Positions 43,224 through 53,916 of a stretch of DNA of 64,000 nucleotides are shown in pieces (position 1 is the first letter of the stretch; each line of letters opens with the position of its first letter). A program made the translations under genes and the position numbers. The notes beneath the pieces were generated by a model that ran no database searches, was not told where the DNA came from, and saw only the letters and a program-made list of their open reading frames with translations. Source of the DNA: an uncultured bacterium (lineage in GTDB: Bacteria; Hydrothermota; UBA3073; NMUJ01; CBEVQO01); contig CBEVQO010000003.1 in the NCBI GenBank assembly GCA_965552055.1, positions 128,001 to 192,000 of the forward strand. Direction: 5' to 3'.

Positions 43224-44335
43224 AACCCTTCTAACATTTTTACTACTATTCTATCATAATTCAAAAATTGATTAAATTTTTCTATTTCATTTCTGTCAAA
43301 ATGTCTTTCACAAATTTTCTTCATTCTCTCAGCCAGATTGTCAAAATCTTTATAATAAAAACCGTTCTTTCCTTCTTTTACCAGATGGGAAGTTGCTTTA
43401 TCATACGGCACGATAACGGGTAAGCCCGTACCCATCGCCTGCTGAATAGTAATACATTCCTGGGTCCAGATACCACAATCCGCTATATTGAAAAGAATAA
43501 ATAACTCTCTTTGACTCACAAAAGGATACAGCAGGAATCTACTTTTAAAGCCAGATTCTTCTATTTTTCTTCTTAAAAATTTGCTATAAGAAGAATTAAC
43601 AAAGCCTGTCATTATCATCTTCACTTTTGAATTCTCTTTCATTATTTCAAACATTTTATCAAGCATTTTATCAAGTTTCTTTTCGGGAGTATGTGTTGTT
43701 GCATTGATAAATACAAAATCATCTTTTAAATTCAATTTTTTTCTCTCTATTTTTCTTATTTCTTCTGAATAGTAAAATCTTTCTCCATCGAATCCCAATG
43801 GCAATATTTTATAATCTTTATTCCTTAACTTGTGACTCAATATTTCGAAAGTTTCTGGAGTTGTTAATATTATTCTATCCGAATTTTTAATTGCGAAGTT
43901 TTCCCATTTTTCTTTAAGCAACTTATAAAGAAATTTTTTAAAGAAAAGAGAATAATGCTTTTTCAAATTTCCAAAAATACTTATAACTTTTGTTTTATTT
44001 TTGCGAGCAAAATAAATCGCAGGAAGGGGCATAAATTTTGTTATCCCAATACAAATTAAAACATCGGGATGGATTTTATAAAGCACTTTCTTCATTCCTG
44101 AAGGAATTACAGTTTGTCTAAGTCTTAAAAGTGTGCTTAACCTTATTATCCGATAACCTTCATGAAGATACTCTCCAGTTTTAAATGGTTTTAATATCTT
44201 TCTATATCGAGGCGAGATGAAAGTAGTTGTTATGACCGACACTTCATTTCCCAATCTTTTTAAAGATTTTGCTATGCAATTTTCCTGATAACCGAGTTGC
44301 GGTGAAAAATGTGCACTTATAATGCTTATTTTCAC
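43217..44335 (-). CDS. Glycosyltransferase family 4
   Basis: GT-B fold; QQAMGTGLPV; KEGKNG. Confidence 0.8.
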   Translation of the reverse strand: MKISIISAHFSPQLGYQENCIAKSLKRLGNEVSVITTTFISPRYRKILKPFKTGEYLHEGYRIIRLSTLLRLRQTVIPSGMKKVLYKIHPDVLICIGITKFMPLPAIYFARKNKTKVISIFGNLKKHYSLFFKKFLYKLLKEKWENFAIKNSDRIILTTPETFEILSHKLRNKDYKILPLGFDGERFYYSEEIRKIERKKLNLKDDFVFINATTHTPEKKLDKMLDKMFEIMKENSKVKMIMTGFVNSSYSKFLRRKIEESGFKSRFLLYPFVSQRELFILFNIADCGIWTQECITIQQAMGTGLPVIVPYDKATSHLVKEGKNGFYYKDFDNLAERMKKICERHFDRNEIEKFNQFLNYDRIVVKMLEGLC

Positions 44336-44341
44336 TATCTT

Positions 44342-44368
44342 AATATATCCTAAAGACTAAAATGTCAA
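44342..44368 (-). promoter_or_regulatory. sigma70-type promoter, 15-bp spacer, leaderless
   Basis: TTGACA-N15-TATATT-N6-GTG(44335). Confidence 0.65.
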
Positions 44369-44494
44369 TTTATTTTTTTGTTTATCCCACCCACCCGCCC
44401 ATAGGTTTTTTCGGAAGGCTTCGCCCTCCGCGACCCATTTTGAATTTCTCTAAATCCTCAATATTACATAACCGTTTTTTCAACACTTTCTTTA

Positions 44495-44521
44495 TTGACA
44501 AATCAAAAAATTATTTATCTT
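44495..44521 (+). promoter_or_regulatory. sigma70-type promoter, 15-bp spacer, leaderless
   Basis: TTGACA-N15-TATCTT-N4-GTG(44526). Confidence 0.6.
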
Positions 44522-44525
44522 TATT

Positions 44526-46331
44526 GTGTGCGGTATTTGTGGAATATTTGAAATAGAACAAAAGGTTAACGAAAACATAATTCCTGAAATGTTAAAATTA
44601 ATGAAACATAGAGGACCCGATGCTCAGGGAATTGCAAAAGTAGGTGATAAAATAATTTTAGGGCATACAAGACTAAAAATAATAGACCTTTCTGATAAAG
44701 CAAACCAACCGATGAGATATAAAAATTTATGGATTACCTTGAATGGTGAAATTTATAATTTCAAAGAGATAAGAAAAGAACTTGAAAAGAAGGGGCACAT
44801 TTTTTTAACAGATTCCGATACCGAAGTACTTCTTCATTCTTTTGAAGAATGGGGAGAAAAATGCTTATCCAGATTTAATGGCATGTGGTCTTTTTGCATT
44901 ACCGATGGCAATTTTCTTTTCTGCTCCCGTGATCGCTTTGGCATAAAACCTTTTTATTATTATTGGGATGGCAAAATCTTTGCTTTTGCATCCGAAATAA
45001 AGGCTTTGCTTTTGCTACCTTTTATAAAAAGGGAAATAAACAAAAGAGCTGTATGGGATTATTTTATGGGATTTTTAGAACATTCTGATTTTACATTTTT
45101 CAAAAATATAAAAATTTTGCCCCCTGCTCATTACATAAAAATAACAAAAGATAAATTCGAGATAAAGAGATACTGGAAACCTCAGTATATTGAGATTCGT
45201 AATCCTTTTGAAGAGCTTTATGAACTGCTTTCAGATGCTGTGAAACTGCGATTGCGTACAGATGTGCCTCTCGGAACCGCCCTAAGCGGAGGAATTGATT
45301 CAAGCTGTATAACCTATCTTTTACATAAAATAAGGGAAAATCCGGATACTTTTACTGTAATCTACGATGAAAAAAATATCGATGAAAGCGAATATGCTAA
45401 GGAAATGATAAGGTTTACCGGGTCAAATCCTCATTTTGTTAAGCCATCGGGTGAAAAATTCTGGCAAGAAGTAGAAAAAGTAATATGGCATCATGATATG
45501 CCCTTCATGACAACTTCACATTATGCAGAATGGTGTCTTATGCGACTTGCAAGCGAAACAGGGGTTAAAGTGCTCTTATCAGGACAGGGTGCTGATGAAT
45601 TGTTCTGTGGCTACACAGTTTATCACGGTGTTAAATTGTCAAACTTATTCTTTAGCGGGCATTTTTTAAAATTTATAAGGTATTTATACAGGGCACAGCA
45701 AAATACAGACCTCACGATTAAAGAGCTTATTTATCGATTTTCAAGGGCTTCTTATTTCAATCAAAATTTGCCTTTTCAGAGAAAGATTACAGAAATAGGT
45801 AGAAGAAACATTTTGAAATTTTTAAAAAAAGACTTTAAGAAAGAATTTACGGAAAGAGCAGACGAAATTGGTAAAAAATTAAAAAAACGCACATTGAATA
45901 AAGTTTTGTGGGATGATGCCTCTCAATATAATTTGCCGGAATTATTACATTATGGTGATAGAAATTCGATGGCATTTTCAATAGAGTTAAGGGTTCCCTT
46001 TTTGGATTATCGCATTGCAAATTTTGCTTATTCGCTCTCCGAAGATTTAAAACTATGTGATGGAATTTCAAAATATATTTTGCGCAAATCTTTTGAAAAT
46101 AAAGTTCCTGATAAAATAATAAAAAGAAAAGATAAAAAGGGCTTCCCGACACCTGAAAAGAATTGGCTACTCGCGGGAAAAGAAAAAATTAAAGAAATTT
46201 TAAAAAATAGTTCTTTCTTTGACGATTCTAAAATCGAAGAAATCTTTCATTTAATTGAAACGGATGTTCCAACAGCAGGAAAGTTTATCTTTTTAGAAGC
46301 TTTTATCAAGTGTTTTAATCTCAAAATTTAA
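44526..46331 (+). CDS. asnB: Asparagine synthase (glutamine-hydrolysing) family amidotransferase
   Basis: MCGI, HRGPD, NGEIYN, RDRFGIKP, LSGGIDSS, SGQGADE, RVPFLD. Confidence 0.93.
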   Translation: MCGICGIFEIEQKVNENIIPEMLKLMKHRGPDAQGIAKVGDKIILGHTRLKIIDLSDKANQPMRYKNLWITLNGEIYNFKEIRKELEKKGHIFLTDSDTEVLLHSFEEWGEKCLSRFNGMWSFCITDGNFLFCSRDRFGIKPFYYYWDGKIFAFASEIKALLLLPFIKREINKRAVWDYFMGFLEHSDFTFFKNIKILPPAHYIKITKDKFEIKRYWKPQYIEIRNPFEELYELLSDAVKLRLRTDVPLGTALSGGIDSSCITYLLHKIRENPDTFTVIYDEKNIDESEYAKEMIRFTGSNPHFVKPSGEKFWQEVEKVIWHHDMPFMTTSHYAEWCLMRLASETGVKVLLSGQGADELFCGYTVYHGVKLSNLFFSGHFLKFIRYLYRAQQNTDLTIKELIYRFSRASYFNQNLPFQRKITEIGRRNILKFLKKDFKKEFTERADEIGKKLKKRTLNKVLWDDASQYNLPELLHYGDRNSMAFSIELRVPFLDYRIANFAYSLSEDLKLCDGISKYILRKSFENKVPDKIIKRKDKKGFPTPEKNWLLAGKEKIKEILKNSSFFDDSKIEEIFHLIETDVPTAGKFIFLEAFIKCFNLKI

Positions 46332-46793
46332 AAGTTTTTCAACTTTTGCATCGAAGAAGAAGCGAGCAAAAAACTTCCTCCCAGAGAGCAAAACCGGTAA
46401 CCAGAATCTATCATCTTCCCACATATTATCATAGGGTAATTTTTTAATATTGAACCATTTCAATTTGCCTTCCCTAGAATGTTTTAATTTTCCTTCAAAT
46501 TTTTCTGTCCTGAAAACATAGACCTTCCAGTTTGGAGGCTCTTTTTTCTCCCTTCCGAAGTAAAACAAAATAACTCCCATCAATTCTGGTTTTTCTATTT
46601 TTAAACCTGTTTCTTCATAAACTTCGCGGATAGCGGTGTCAAAGGGACTCTCGCCTTTTTCCATCCTTCCACCAGGGGCATTCCACTTACCTTCGCCAAA
46701 TAATCCCTTTGCTTTTCTTAATAACAAAACTTTATCTCCTTTAAAAATATAACAGAGGGTGGCCTTTACTTCCGAACTCAATAAATCAGCCAT
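46293..46793 (-). CDS. NUDIX hydrolase, 8-oxo-dGTPase (MTH1-like)
   Basis: WNAPGG...REVYEETG; MWEDDRFW. Confidence 0.88.
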   Translation of the reverse strand: MADLLSSEVKATLCYIFKGDKVLLLRKAKGLFGEGKWNAPGGRMEKGESPFDTAIREVYEETGLKIEKPELMGVILFYFGREKKEPPNWKVYVFRTEKFEGKLKHSREGKLKWFNIKKLPYDNMWEDDRFWLPVLLSGRKFFARFFFDAKVEKLLNFEIKTLDKSF

Positions 46794-46798
46794 CCGAT

Positions 46799-46825
46799 AA
46801 TCTAATCAAATTCTCATAATGTCAA
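46799..46825 (-). promoter_or_regulatory. sigma70-type promoter, 15-bp spacer, leaderless
   Basis: TTGACA-N15-TAGATT-N5-ATG(46793). Confidence 0.65.
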
Positions 46826-46827
46826 GA

Positions 46828-47961
46828 TTAATCACGAAATCTTATTAAAAGTCCGGATTTGATTTCACCGTTCTCTATGGAATAGGAAGATATCAGCCAT
46901 GTGCTCAATACTTTTATTCTTAAAATTATCCTTCTGTTGCACTGCATATAACCTACAAAAATTTTTCCTTTTTTGCTTAAAATATCCCTTGAGATTACGG
47001 AATAAAAATCATAAATAATGTGCCATGAAGTATCGTAAACAAAGTCAATCCCTGCTCTGATGCATAAAAATTCGTCGCTGTAATCTGCCAGAATTTCAAA
47101 AATTTTTTTCCTGTCATTTATGGAAAATAAAAAGGAGAAAGGAAATTTATAAATCTTAAAATTTAAATCTTTATCGGAAGCTGAAAAAGATAATTTTGAA
47201 TTGATTTCCGGGATAAAGCATAGAGAGATTCTTTTGTAAAATTTGCTTTCTTTTAAATCGTATCTACCTTTAAGTGTAAGTGTGAATACAGGTAATGGCG
47301 AATAACACACGGCAAAGTAAGGATTTTTAGAAATTCCTGCCATTAACAGGTTTAACCCTTTCTTAAAATAAAAATTAAAATCATAGGAAAGATGATAATT
47401 TAAAGAAAAATTTAAAAATTTTCCTTTATAAGTAAAGTAGGGTTTTTCCGAGAAAGAAATCTTTAAATCGCCGAGTTTTCCATTTTTTTCAAAATAAATT
47501 TTATAAGAAGATTTTTTTGATAGATGTCCCGTGCACCATATTTTTTTATCTTCGCTTAATTTCTTACCAAACAAGAAATCAATGTAATTTGCCGTGAAAA
47601 ATAGGTCGGTCTTTGGTTTATCAAAATCACCTCCGGATATTAAATTTATAACACCGGGATAATTTCCATAAAATGGTGATGCATTTTGTAGCAAAAGTTC
47701 TGCTCTATTATAGCCAAATCTGTGCAATTCTGTTATATCCACAGGTAAGCCATCGAGCATTACTGAAACTGCTTTACCTCTATATTTTAAAGAATGTGAG
47801 GTATCCTGATATTCAAAAAACGGAATTCCTGCGAATATTTCTTCGAAATAAAAAAAATCTTCAGAATAGGTGTAATTATCGGGAATTATGTAGTGAGAAC
47901 GCTCTATCCTGTAGGGTGTCCATAGCAAAACAGATATTATAAAGATTGATAGCTCATGCAT
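46828..47961 (-). CDS. Hypothetical exported/outer-membrane protein with a TonB plug-like N-terminal segment
   Basis: YRG...VMLDGLPV...FYG...GVINL, then aromatic-rich beta-strand-like sequence. Confidence 0.5.
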   Translation of the reverse strand: MHELSIFIISVLLWTPYRIERSHYIIPDNYTYSEDFFYFEEIFAGIPFFEYQDTSHSLKYRGKAVSVMLDGLPVDITELHRFGYNRAELLLQNASPFYGNYPGVINLISGGDFDKPKTDLFFTANYIDFLFGKKLSEDKKIWCTGHLSKKSSYKIYFEKNGKLGDLKISFSEKPYFTYKGKFLNFSLNYHLSYDFNFYFKKGLNLLMAGISKNPYFAVCYSPLPVFTLTLKGRYDLKESKFYKRISLCFIPEINSKLSFSASDKDLNFKIYKFPFSFLFSINDRKKIFEILADYSDEFLCIRAGIDFVYDTSWHIIYDFYSVISRDILSKKGKIFVGYMQCNRRIILRIKVLSTWLISSYSIENGEIKSGLLIRFRD

Positions 47962-50685
47962 TCATTTTATAATCACAACTTTATTGATAAAATTGTTAAC
48001 TCTGATGAAATAAGCTCCTTCGGTTAAATTATCGATTGTTATTTTCTTTTCGCCTCTGATATGATATTTTCTGGCAAAGATTAATCTTCCGGATGCGTCG
48101 AATATTTTTAAATTAATTTCCTGTGGTGATGTTGTTTTCAGGTGAATAAAAATTTTATCACAGGGATTTTTAATTTTCAGACGGAGGTTGAGTTTTTTAT
48201 CTTTTATTTCTGCTGGTTTTATTTTAAGTGTATCACTAAAAGATACATTTTGAGCCTTGTCTTTTATTTTCACGAGACAAGTAAGGGTGCATGATGGGGG
48301 AGGGAGCAGGAAATTGAAAACGGTATCGTCTTCTGCTATTTTAATTTTATTCCAGTTTTCTTCTTTGTAGTAAAGAATTACACTATCTATTTTTGAATTA
48401 TCTTTTGCTTTTATACGGATTTTCAAAGCACCATCTTCGAACTCGTTTGTAATTTCTTTTATTACAGGGGGAGTGGTGTCTATTGTTAGTTTGAAAGCAG
48501 AAGACCATTCGCTTTGATTTTGTGCAATATCAAATGCTTTTACCCTCCAGTAGTATCTACCTTCATTCAGTTTCAATTTCAGTGATTCGTATTTTGTTGT
48601 GCATCGATAAACAACTCCCTGCCAGTTTACTGTTGAATCTATCCAGAATAGAAATTTAAAGGCATCATCTGATTGCCACTTAAATGTAATGGAAAGTGAA
48701 TTCAAATATTTATCGAAAGCGGGTGATAGGAGAACAGGTGATGCAGGTGAATGGGTATCTATTATAAAACTTTTAATGGAAGGCAAAGAATATCTGCCAG
48801 CAATGTCACGGGAGTAAGCGTATACAGTATACTCGCCGTCTCCTAAATCAAAATAAAAGATACTATCAGAAGAATAAACATCGAATATGCATGTGTCTTT
48901 TTTCGATATTTTCAATCTGTAACCATCTATTTTTATCAGATTTTCTTCGTTATGCAGTGTAATTTTAATTTCGTTTTCATTAAAGATTGTGTCCATGATT
49001 ATTGCAGGTGCAAGAGGCAATCTCGTTATCTGCATTGTGCCTGTAATATTTGACCATTCTGTTTCTATTCCAAAAGAATTTTTGCCTTTAACCCTGAAAA
49101 AGTATTTTTTATCTTTGAGACCCGTAAATGTGTAAAAAGTATCTGTAAGCCATTCAGAAGAAATAGGAGTTGAAAATAAAGAATCTGTATCGCACTGTAC
49201 TTTGAACAATTTGGCGAAATGTTTCCAGTAAACGGTATTTACGGTATCACAGGAATAGGAAGGCTCAGGATAAATGTAAGGAGTATCGAAATACGAAAGT
49301 GAAATACTGTCAATTTCGAACTTTGTGAATAAATTTTTTTTATAAAGTTTTATGACATCAGGATAAACATCGAAAATTAAGATGCAGTGTAAAGGTCTTT
49401 TTCCGAATCTTCTTGGAAAAATTATTTCTTTTAATCTGCCATATTTTCTTATGCGTGGAAGAGAGTCATCTGCCAGCCAGTGCCAGTGTCCGCACAAATA
49501 TAGAAGGACATTTTTTTCTATCAGTATATCTTTTAATTCTTGTGTGCCGATATCTTCGAGTGGACAATGTGATAATATTATGGCTTCTTTTTGTTTTTTA
49601 GCATCCAGCAAGCTACAGAGCCAGTGCAATTGAGAAGAATCAACTTCGCCTGTTTGGTCATCGTCATCACATGTAGCTAGTCCGATAAAGATAAAAGCAG
49701 TATCTTCCAGATAATAATATCGTGGCAAGCCCGTATATTGTGTGTAAAGCATAAGAGCACTATCATGCGATAAGCCATGGAATTCATGATTGCCAATAAC
49801 AGAATACCATTTCAATGTATCATAAACCGTTTCTATCAACCATTCGAGTGTATCATAATCTTCTTTTAAGCCACTATCAACCATATCTCCCGTAATGAAA
49901 ATGTAATTCGGGGAAAATAGATATGCCTCAAGTATCGCGCGCCTGAATTTATACCATATATCTTCCTTTGTAACACCATATAAGTCCCTGCAATGAATAT
50001 GGGGGTCGGATATCTGTATAAATCTCAAAATATAATTTGACATTGGAAGAATGTTTTTCTCTATTAAATTCTGCGGAAATGTATCTTCGCTTATTAGAAT
50101 ATCATCGATGTAAATAGGGGAGCGTGATAAAGAGTAAAAACAAAAACTTATCATTTCTACGCTTTCTATAGACGAATCTGTGTAAGCTGTCGGTAGATCT
50201 ATTTGGTCGTAATAGAGGGTGTCGTTTATAAAGACATCGAAATTTTGTTCTTCAAGGTTTATTCTTATTGTTATTCTCATCCATTTACCTGTATCTGCGA
50301 TTGGTCGTCGAAATATAATGCGGGGTGCACCATCCCAGTTTGTTACCGCTATCCTGCGTGTCATATTATTGTTCAAATATAGAAGATTTTCGGAATTTAA
50401 TGCCATTGAAAAGTCATAAGTTTTGATTGATTTAAAATAAATGTAAAATTCGAGCCAGAAATTTTCATCAAAATCTTCATAACGATAAAGGGTTATGTAA
50501 TTAATTGTATCTGTATTACTCATCATTTTTAAACATTTCTCACCTGAGTGACTTATTTCATCTGTAATAACTGCATTAGCGCCGTAACATGAATTTAAAT
50601 ACCAGCCATTCTGACCGTTTATAGGGGTACCTGTATCGTAATTTTCGAAATCGTCAAAAAAGCATAGGAGAAAAATGATTATCAT
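47962..50685 (-). CDS. Secreted multidomain metallophosphoesterase with Ig/FN3-like repeats and a T9SS-like C-terminal domain
   Basis: ISDPH, TGD, GNHE, SH, GHWH; YFFRVK/YYWRVK repeats; C-terminal KIFDASGR...GAYF...KVVIIK. Confidence 0.8.
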   Translation of the reverse strand: MIIIFLLCFFDDFENYDTGTPINGQNGWYLNSCYGANAVITDEISHSGEKCLKMMSNTDTINYITLYRYEDFDENFWLEFYIYFKSIKTYDFSMALNSENLLYLNNNMTRRIAVTNWDGAPRIIFRRPIADTGKWMRITIRINLEEQNFDVFINDTLYYDQIDLPTAYTDSSIESVEMISFCFYSLSRSPIYIDDILISEDTFPQNLIEKNILPMSNYILRFIQISDPHIHCRDLYGVTKEDIWYKFRRAILEAYLFSPNYIFITGDMVDSGLKEDYDTLEWLIETVYDTLKWYSVIGNHEFHGLSHDSALMLYTQYTGLPRYYYLEDTAFIFIGLATCDDDDQTGEVDSSQLHWLCSLLDAKKQKEAIILSHCPLEDIGTQELKDILIEKNVLLYLCGHWHWLADDSLPRIRKYGRLKEIIFPRRFGKRPLHCILIFDVYPDVIKLYKKNLFTKFEIDSISLSYFDTPYIYPEPSYSCDTVNTVYWKHFAKLFKVQCDTDSLFSTPISSEWLTDTFYTFTGLKDKKYFFRVKGKNSFGIETEWSNITGTMQITRLPLAPAIIMDTIFNENEIKITLHNEENLIKIDGYRLKISKKDTCIFDVYSSDSIFYFDLGDGEYTVYAYSRDIAGRYSLPSIKSFIIDTHSPASPVLLSPAFDKYLNSLSITFKWQSDDAFKFLFWIDSTVNWQGVVYRCTTKYESLKLKLNEGRYYWRVKAFDIAQNQSEWSSAFKLTIDTTPPVIKEITNEFEDGALKIRIKAKDNSKIDSVILYYKEENWNKIKIAEDDTVFNFLLPPPSCTLTCLVKIKDKAQNVSFSDTLKIKPAEIKDKKLNLRLKIKNPCDKIFIHLKTTSPQEINLKIFDASGRLIFARKYHIRGEKKITIDNLTEGAYFIRVNNFINKVVIIK

Positions 50686-53267
50686 TCAGAAGATTGTCCT
50701 TTTAACAGTGCGATGAATTCTTTTAATGAATTTAGTTTCTCTTCATATTCCACTTTCTTCTCTTTTGTTTTTTCAACCACTTCCTTTGGTGCCTTTTCCA
50801 GGAAATCTTTTGATGATAAACGCTTTATTATACCTGTAAGTGCCTGTTGCAACTTATTGTATTCTTTTTCTGCCCTCTTTATCTCCTTATCTATATCGAT
50901 AACTCCTCTTAAAGGTATTGATATTCTTATATTTTTTACGAGTTTTATTCCATAAGTTGGCAATTCTTTTTTGAATTCGATTTTACCTACACCGGAAAGT
51001 CCCTGAATTATGAATTCATTTTCTTTAATTATTCTTTCTGATTCTTTATCTGCCGATATGTAAACATTTAATTTTTCTTTCTTTGGAATTTGTGCAGATG
51101 CACGCACATTTCTTATTGAAGTTATAACGCTTTTTATAAGTTCCATATCATCTTCTGCTTTTTCATCTATTTCTTTTTCTTCTTTTTGTGGCCAGCCACT
51201 CATTATTATGGATTCTTCTTCTCCTGTTAATCTGTGCCATATCTCTTCTGTGATAAAAGGTATGAACGGATGTAAAAGTTTTAATACTTTTTTCAAAATA
51301 TCTTCTGCAATTCTAACATATCCTGTTAACTTTATTATTTCAAGATACCAATCACAAAATTCATGCCAGAAAAATTCATAGATGGACATAAGGGGCTCAT
51401 TTATTCTGTAATTTTCAAGACATTTTGTAACTTTTTCAATCAATTTATTAGCTCTTGATTTTATCCATTTATCCGGCAAAATTTCTGTATGTTCTTTTAC
51501 TTCTTCCTTTTTCATAAGCATTATCAATCTAAAAGCGTTCCATAGTTTATTTGCGAAGTTTCTACCTGTTTCAAAAGTATTTTCAGAGATATGGGGGTCT
51601 GCACCTTCTTTACCTGCATTTAAAAGCCCAAATCTCAAAGCATCAACTCCATATTTTTCAACGATAGTAAGGGGGTCAATTGTATTTCCAAGTGATTTAC
51701 TCATCTTTCTTCCCTTTTCATCCCTTACGGTTCCATGTATGTAGACATCGGAGAAAGGTTTTTGTCCCATAAATTCAAATCCCGCCATTATCATCCTTGC
51801 CACCCAGAAGAATATTATCTCGGGACCTGTTACGAGCAAATTCGTTGGATAAAAGCGCTTTAAATCAGGGGTGTCTTCGGGCCAGCCAAATGTAGCAAAG
51901 GGCCACAGCCACGAAGAAAACCATGTGTCAAGCACATCTTTTATCTGCTCCATAGTGGAGCCACATCTGGGACATTGAGAAACTGGCTTCTCACTAACTT
52001 CATAATAATCACAATTTTTACATTCATAAACAGGCATCCTGTGACCCCACCATATCTGACGGGAAATACACCAATCCTTTATGTTATACATCCAGTTCAA
52101 AAATACCCCTTTCCAGCGTTCGGGATGAAATTTAATTTCTCCCTTTTTAACTGCTTCTATCGCTGGCTTTGACATTTCTTTCATTCTCACAAACCATTGG
52201 GTTGATAAATAAGGTTCAATTATCGTTCCACATCTTTCGCATTTTCCAATGGAATATTTGTAATCTTCAATCTTTTCAATGAGTCCTTCTTTTTGTAAAT
52301 CTTCTATTATTCTTTTTCTTGCTTCAAATCTATCCAAACCCTGATATTCTCCTCCGTTTTCATTTATCTTACCTTCTTCTGTCATTATTTTTATAGCAGG
52401 TAAATTGTGGCGTTTTGCTATTTCAAAGTCAAGTGCATCATGGGCAGGAGTAACCTTTACCGCACCTGTTCCAAAACCAATATCAACTGCATCATCTGCA
52501 ATTATAGGGATTTCTCTTTTCATTAAAGGTAGAATTGCGACTTTTCCTATCAATTTTTTATATCTTTTATCCTGGGGATTTACGGCAACTGCCGTGTCAC
52601 CGAGCATCGTTTCCGGTCTTGTAGTGGCAACCGTTATAAAGCCCCTTCCTTTCAAAGGATATTTTATGTAATAAAGTTTGCCATTGTACTCCTCATATTG
52701 CACCTCAAGGTCAGAAATCGCAGTTCTGCATCTTGGGCACCAGTTTACGATATATTCGCCTTTATAAATCCATCCCTTTTTATAAAGATGCAAGAAACAT
52801 TTTAAAACTGCCTTTTGATATTCTGGGTCAAGTGTAAATCTTTTTCTTGTCCAGTCGCATGAACATCCGAGTATTTCAAGTTGCTCAAAAATCCTGTTTT
52901 TGGTGTAGTTAATCCATTCCCATATTTTTTCTATAAATTTTTCTCTACCGAGGTCATATTTTGATATTCCTTCTTTTCTTAAATTTCTTTCAACGACAAC
53001 TTCGGTTGCTATACCTGCGTGGTCAACACCAGGTAGCCACTCTGTTTCCGCACCTTTTAGCCTCCACCATCTTACATAAATATCCTGAATTGTGACATTT
53101 AAAGCATGACCCAGATGCAATTCTCCTGTTACATTTGGCGGAGGAATGACTATTACAAATTTTTTGTCGGATTTCCCAGTAGGAATGAAATAACCTTTTT
53201 CTTTCCAGAATTTTCGCCATTTTGCTTCGAATTCTTTTGGATTATATGCCTTCGGTATTTCCATCAA
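50682..53267 (-). CDS. valS: Valine--tRNA ligase (start TTG 53267 or ATG 53264)
   Basis: PPPNVTG.LHLGH, DWCISRQ, DVLDTWFSS, KMSKS, C-terminal coiled coil. Confidence 0.97.
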   Translation of the reverse strand: MMEIPKAYNPKEFEAKWRKFWKEKGYFIPTGKSDKKFVIVIPPPNVTGELHLGHALNVTIQDIYVRWWRLKGAETEWLPGVDHAGIATEVVVERNLRKEGISKYDLGREKFIEKIWEWINYTKNRIFEQLEILGCSCDWTRKRFTLDPEYQKAVLKCFLHLYKKGWIYKGEYIVNWCPRCRTAISDLEVQYEEYNGKLYYIKYPLKGRGFITVATTRPETMLGDTAVAVNPQDKRYKKLIGKVAILPLMKREIPIIADDAVDIGFGTGAVKVTPAHDALDFEIAKRHNLPAIKIMTEEGKINENGGEYQGLDRFEARKRIIEDLQKEGLIEKIEDYKYSIGKCERCGTIIEPYLSTQWFVRMKEMSKPAIEAVKKGEIKFHPERWKGVFLNWMYNIKDWCISRQIWWGHRMPVYECKNCDYYEVSEKPVSQCPRCGSTMEQIKDVLDTWFSSWLWPFATFGWPEDTPDLKRFYPTNLLVTGPEIIFFWVARMIMAGFEFMGQKPFSDVYIHGTVRDEKGRKMSKSLGNTIDPLTIVEKYGVDALRFGLLNAGKEGADPHISENTFETGRNFANKLWNAFRLIMLMKKEEVKEHTEILPDKWIKSRANKLIEKVTKCLENYRINEPLMSIYEFFWHEFCDWYLEIIKLTGYVRIAEDILKKVLKLLHPFIPFITEEIWHRLTGEEESIIMSGWPQKEEKEIDEKAEDDMELIKSVITSIRNVRASAQIPKKEKLNVYISADKESERIIKENEFIIQGLSGVGKIEFKKELPTYGIKLVKNIRISIPLRGVIDIDKEIKRAEKEYNKLQQALTGIIKRLSSKDFLEKAPKEVVEKTKEKKVEYEEKLNSLKEFIALLKGQSSE

Positions 53268-53272
53268 GTATT

Positions 53273-53299
53273 AAAATAATTAAAAAAGGGCATTGTCAA
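53273..53299 (-). promoter_or_regulatory. valS promoter, 15-bp spacer
   Basis: TTGACA-N15-TATTTT then TTG (N5) or ATG (N8). Confidence 0.55.
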
Positions 53300-53328
53300 G
53301 TAAAAATATTGAAGTATCTACGATACCG

Positions 53329-53889
53329 TTATCTGATAAGTATCATCTTATGCACCTTGCGAAAATCTTTTGTCCTCATTTCAACAAAATATATTCCTGC
53401 GGGTAATATTTTTCCGATATCCCATCGCAAACTGTAATTGCCCGGTTTAATTTCTTTCGAAATCAATATTTGAGATACTCTACCAGTTACATCGTAAACC
53501 TTTATTTCGATATGCGTTCTCTTTGGTACGCTAAAAGATAAATTTACAGCACCGCGCGAAGGATTGGGATAAGGGCATGAGAAAGCATATTTAAGTTCCC
53601 TGTTCTTCTTTTCTTGTAAAGCAATGGGTGGGAGAGTCTGTAGTGTATAAAATCCTGCCTGTTCCAGATACATCGAATCCTTTGATTCCCCCGTAATAGA
53701 TTGAGTGGCACCATAAAGAAGATAAGAGCTATATAAGCCATTACATAGACCGTAAGGTTGCACGAAAACAAGCATAGGATGTTCATCGTCGATTGTTACG
53801 ATCTTTAAGAAATCTTTATCAAGTTCAATATGCGCTTTTCCATTTTTTAATTTGCCGATCCCAAAATCTTCAAAAAAATTTGTTGACAT
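53329..53889 (-). pseudogene. Probable chimeric remnant ending in a T9SS-like C-terminal sorting domain
   Basis: No signal peptide. C-terminus PYPNP...KVYDVTGR...LPAGIYFV...KMILIR. The called ATG lies inside the -35 box of the divergent gcvPB promoter. Confidence 0.5.
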
Positions 53890-53909
53890 ACAGAGAAATA
53901 ACTTAAAAT
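53883..53909 (+). promoter_or_regulatory. sigma70-type promoter, 15-bp spacer, leaderless
   Basis: TTGACA-N15-TAAAAT-N7-ATG(53917). Confidence 0.7.
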
Positions 53910-53916
53910 ATAAGAA

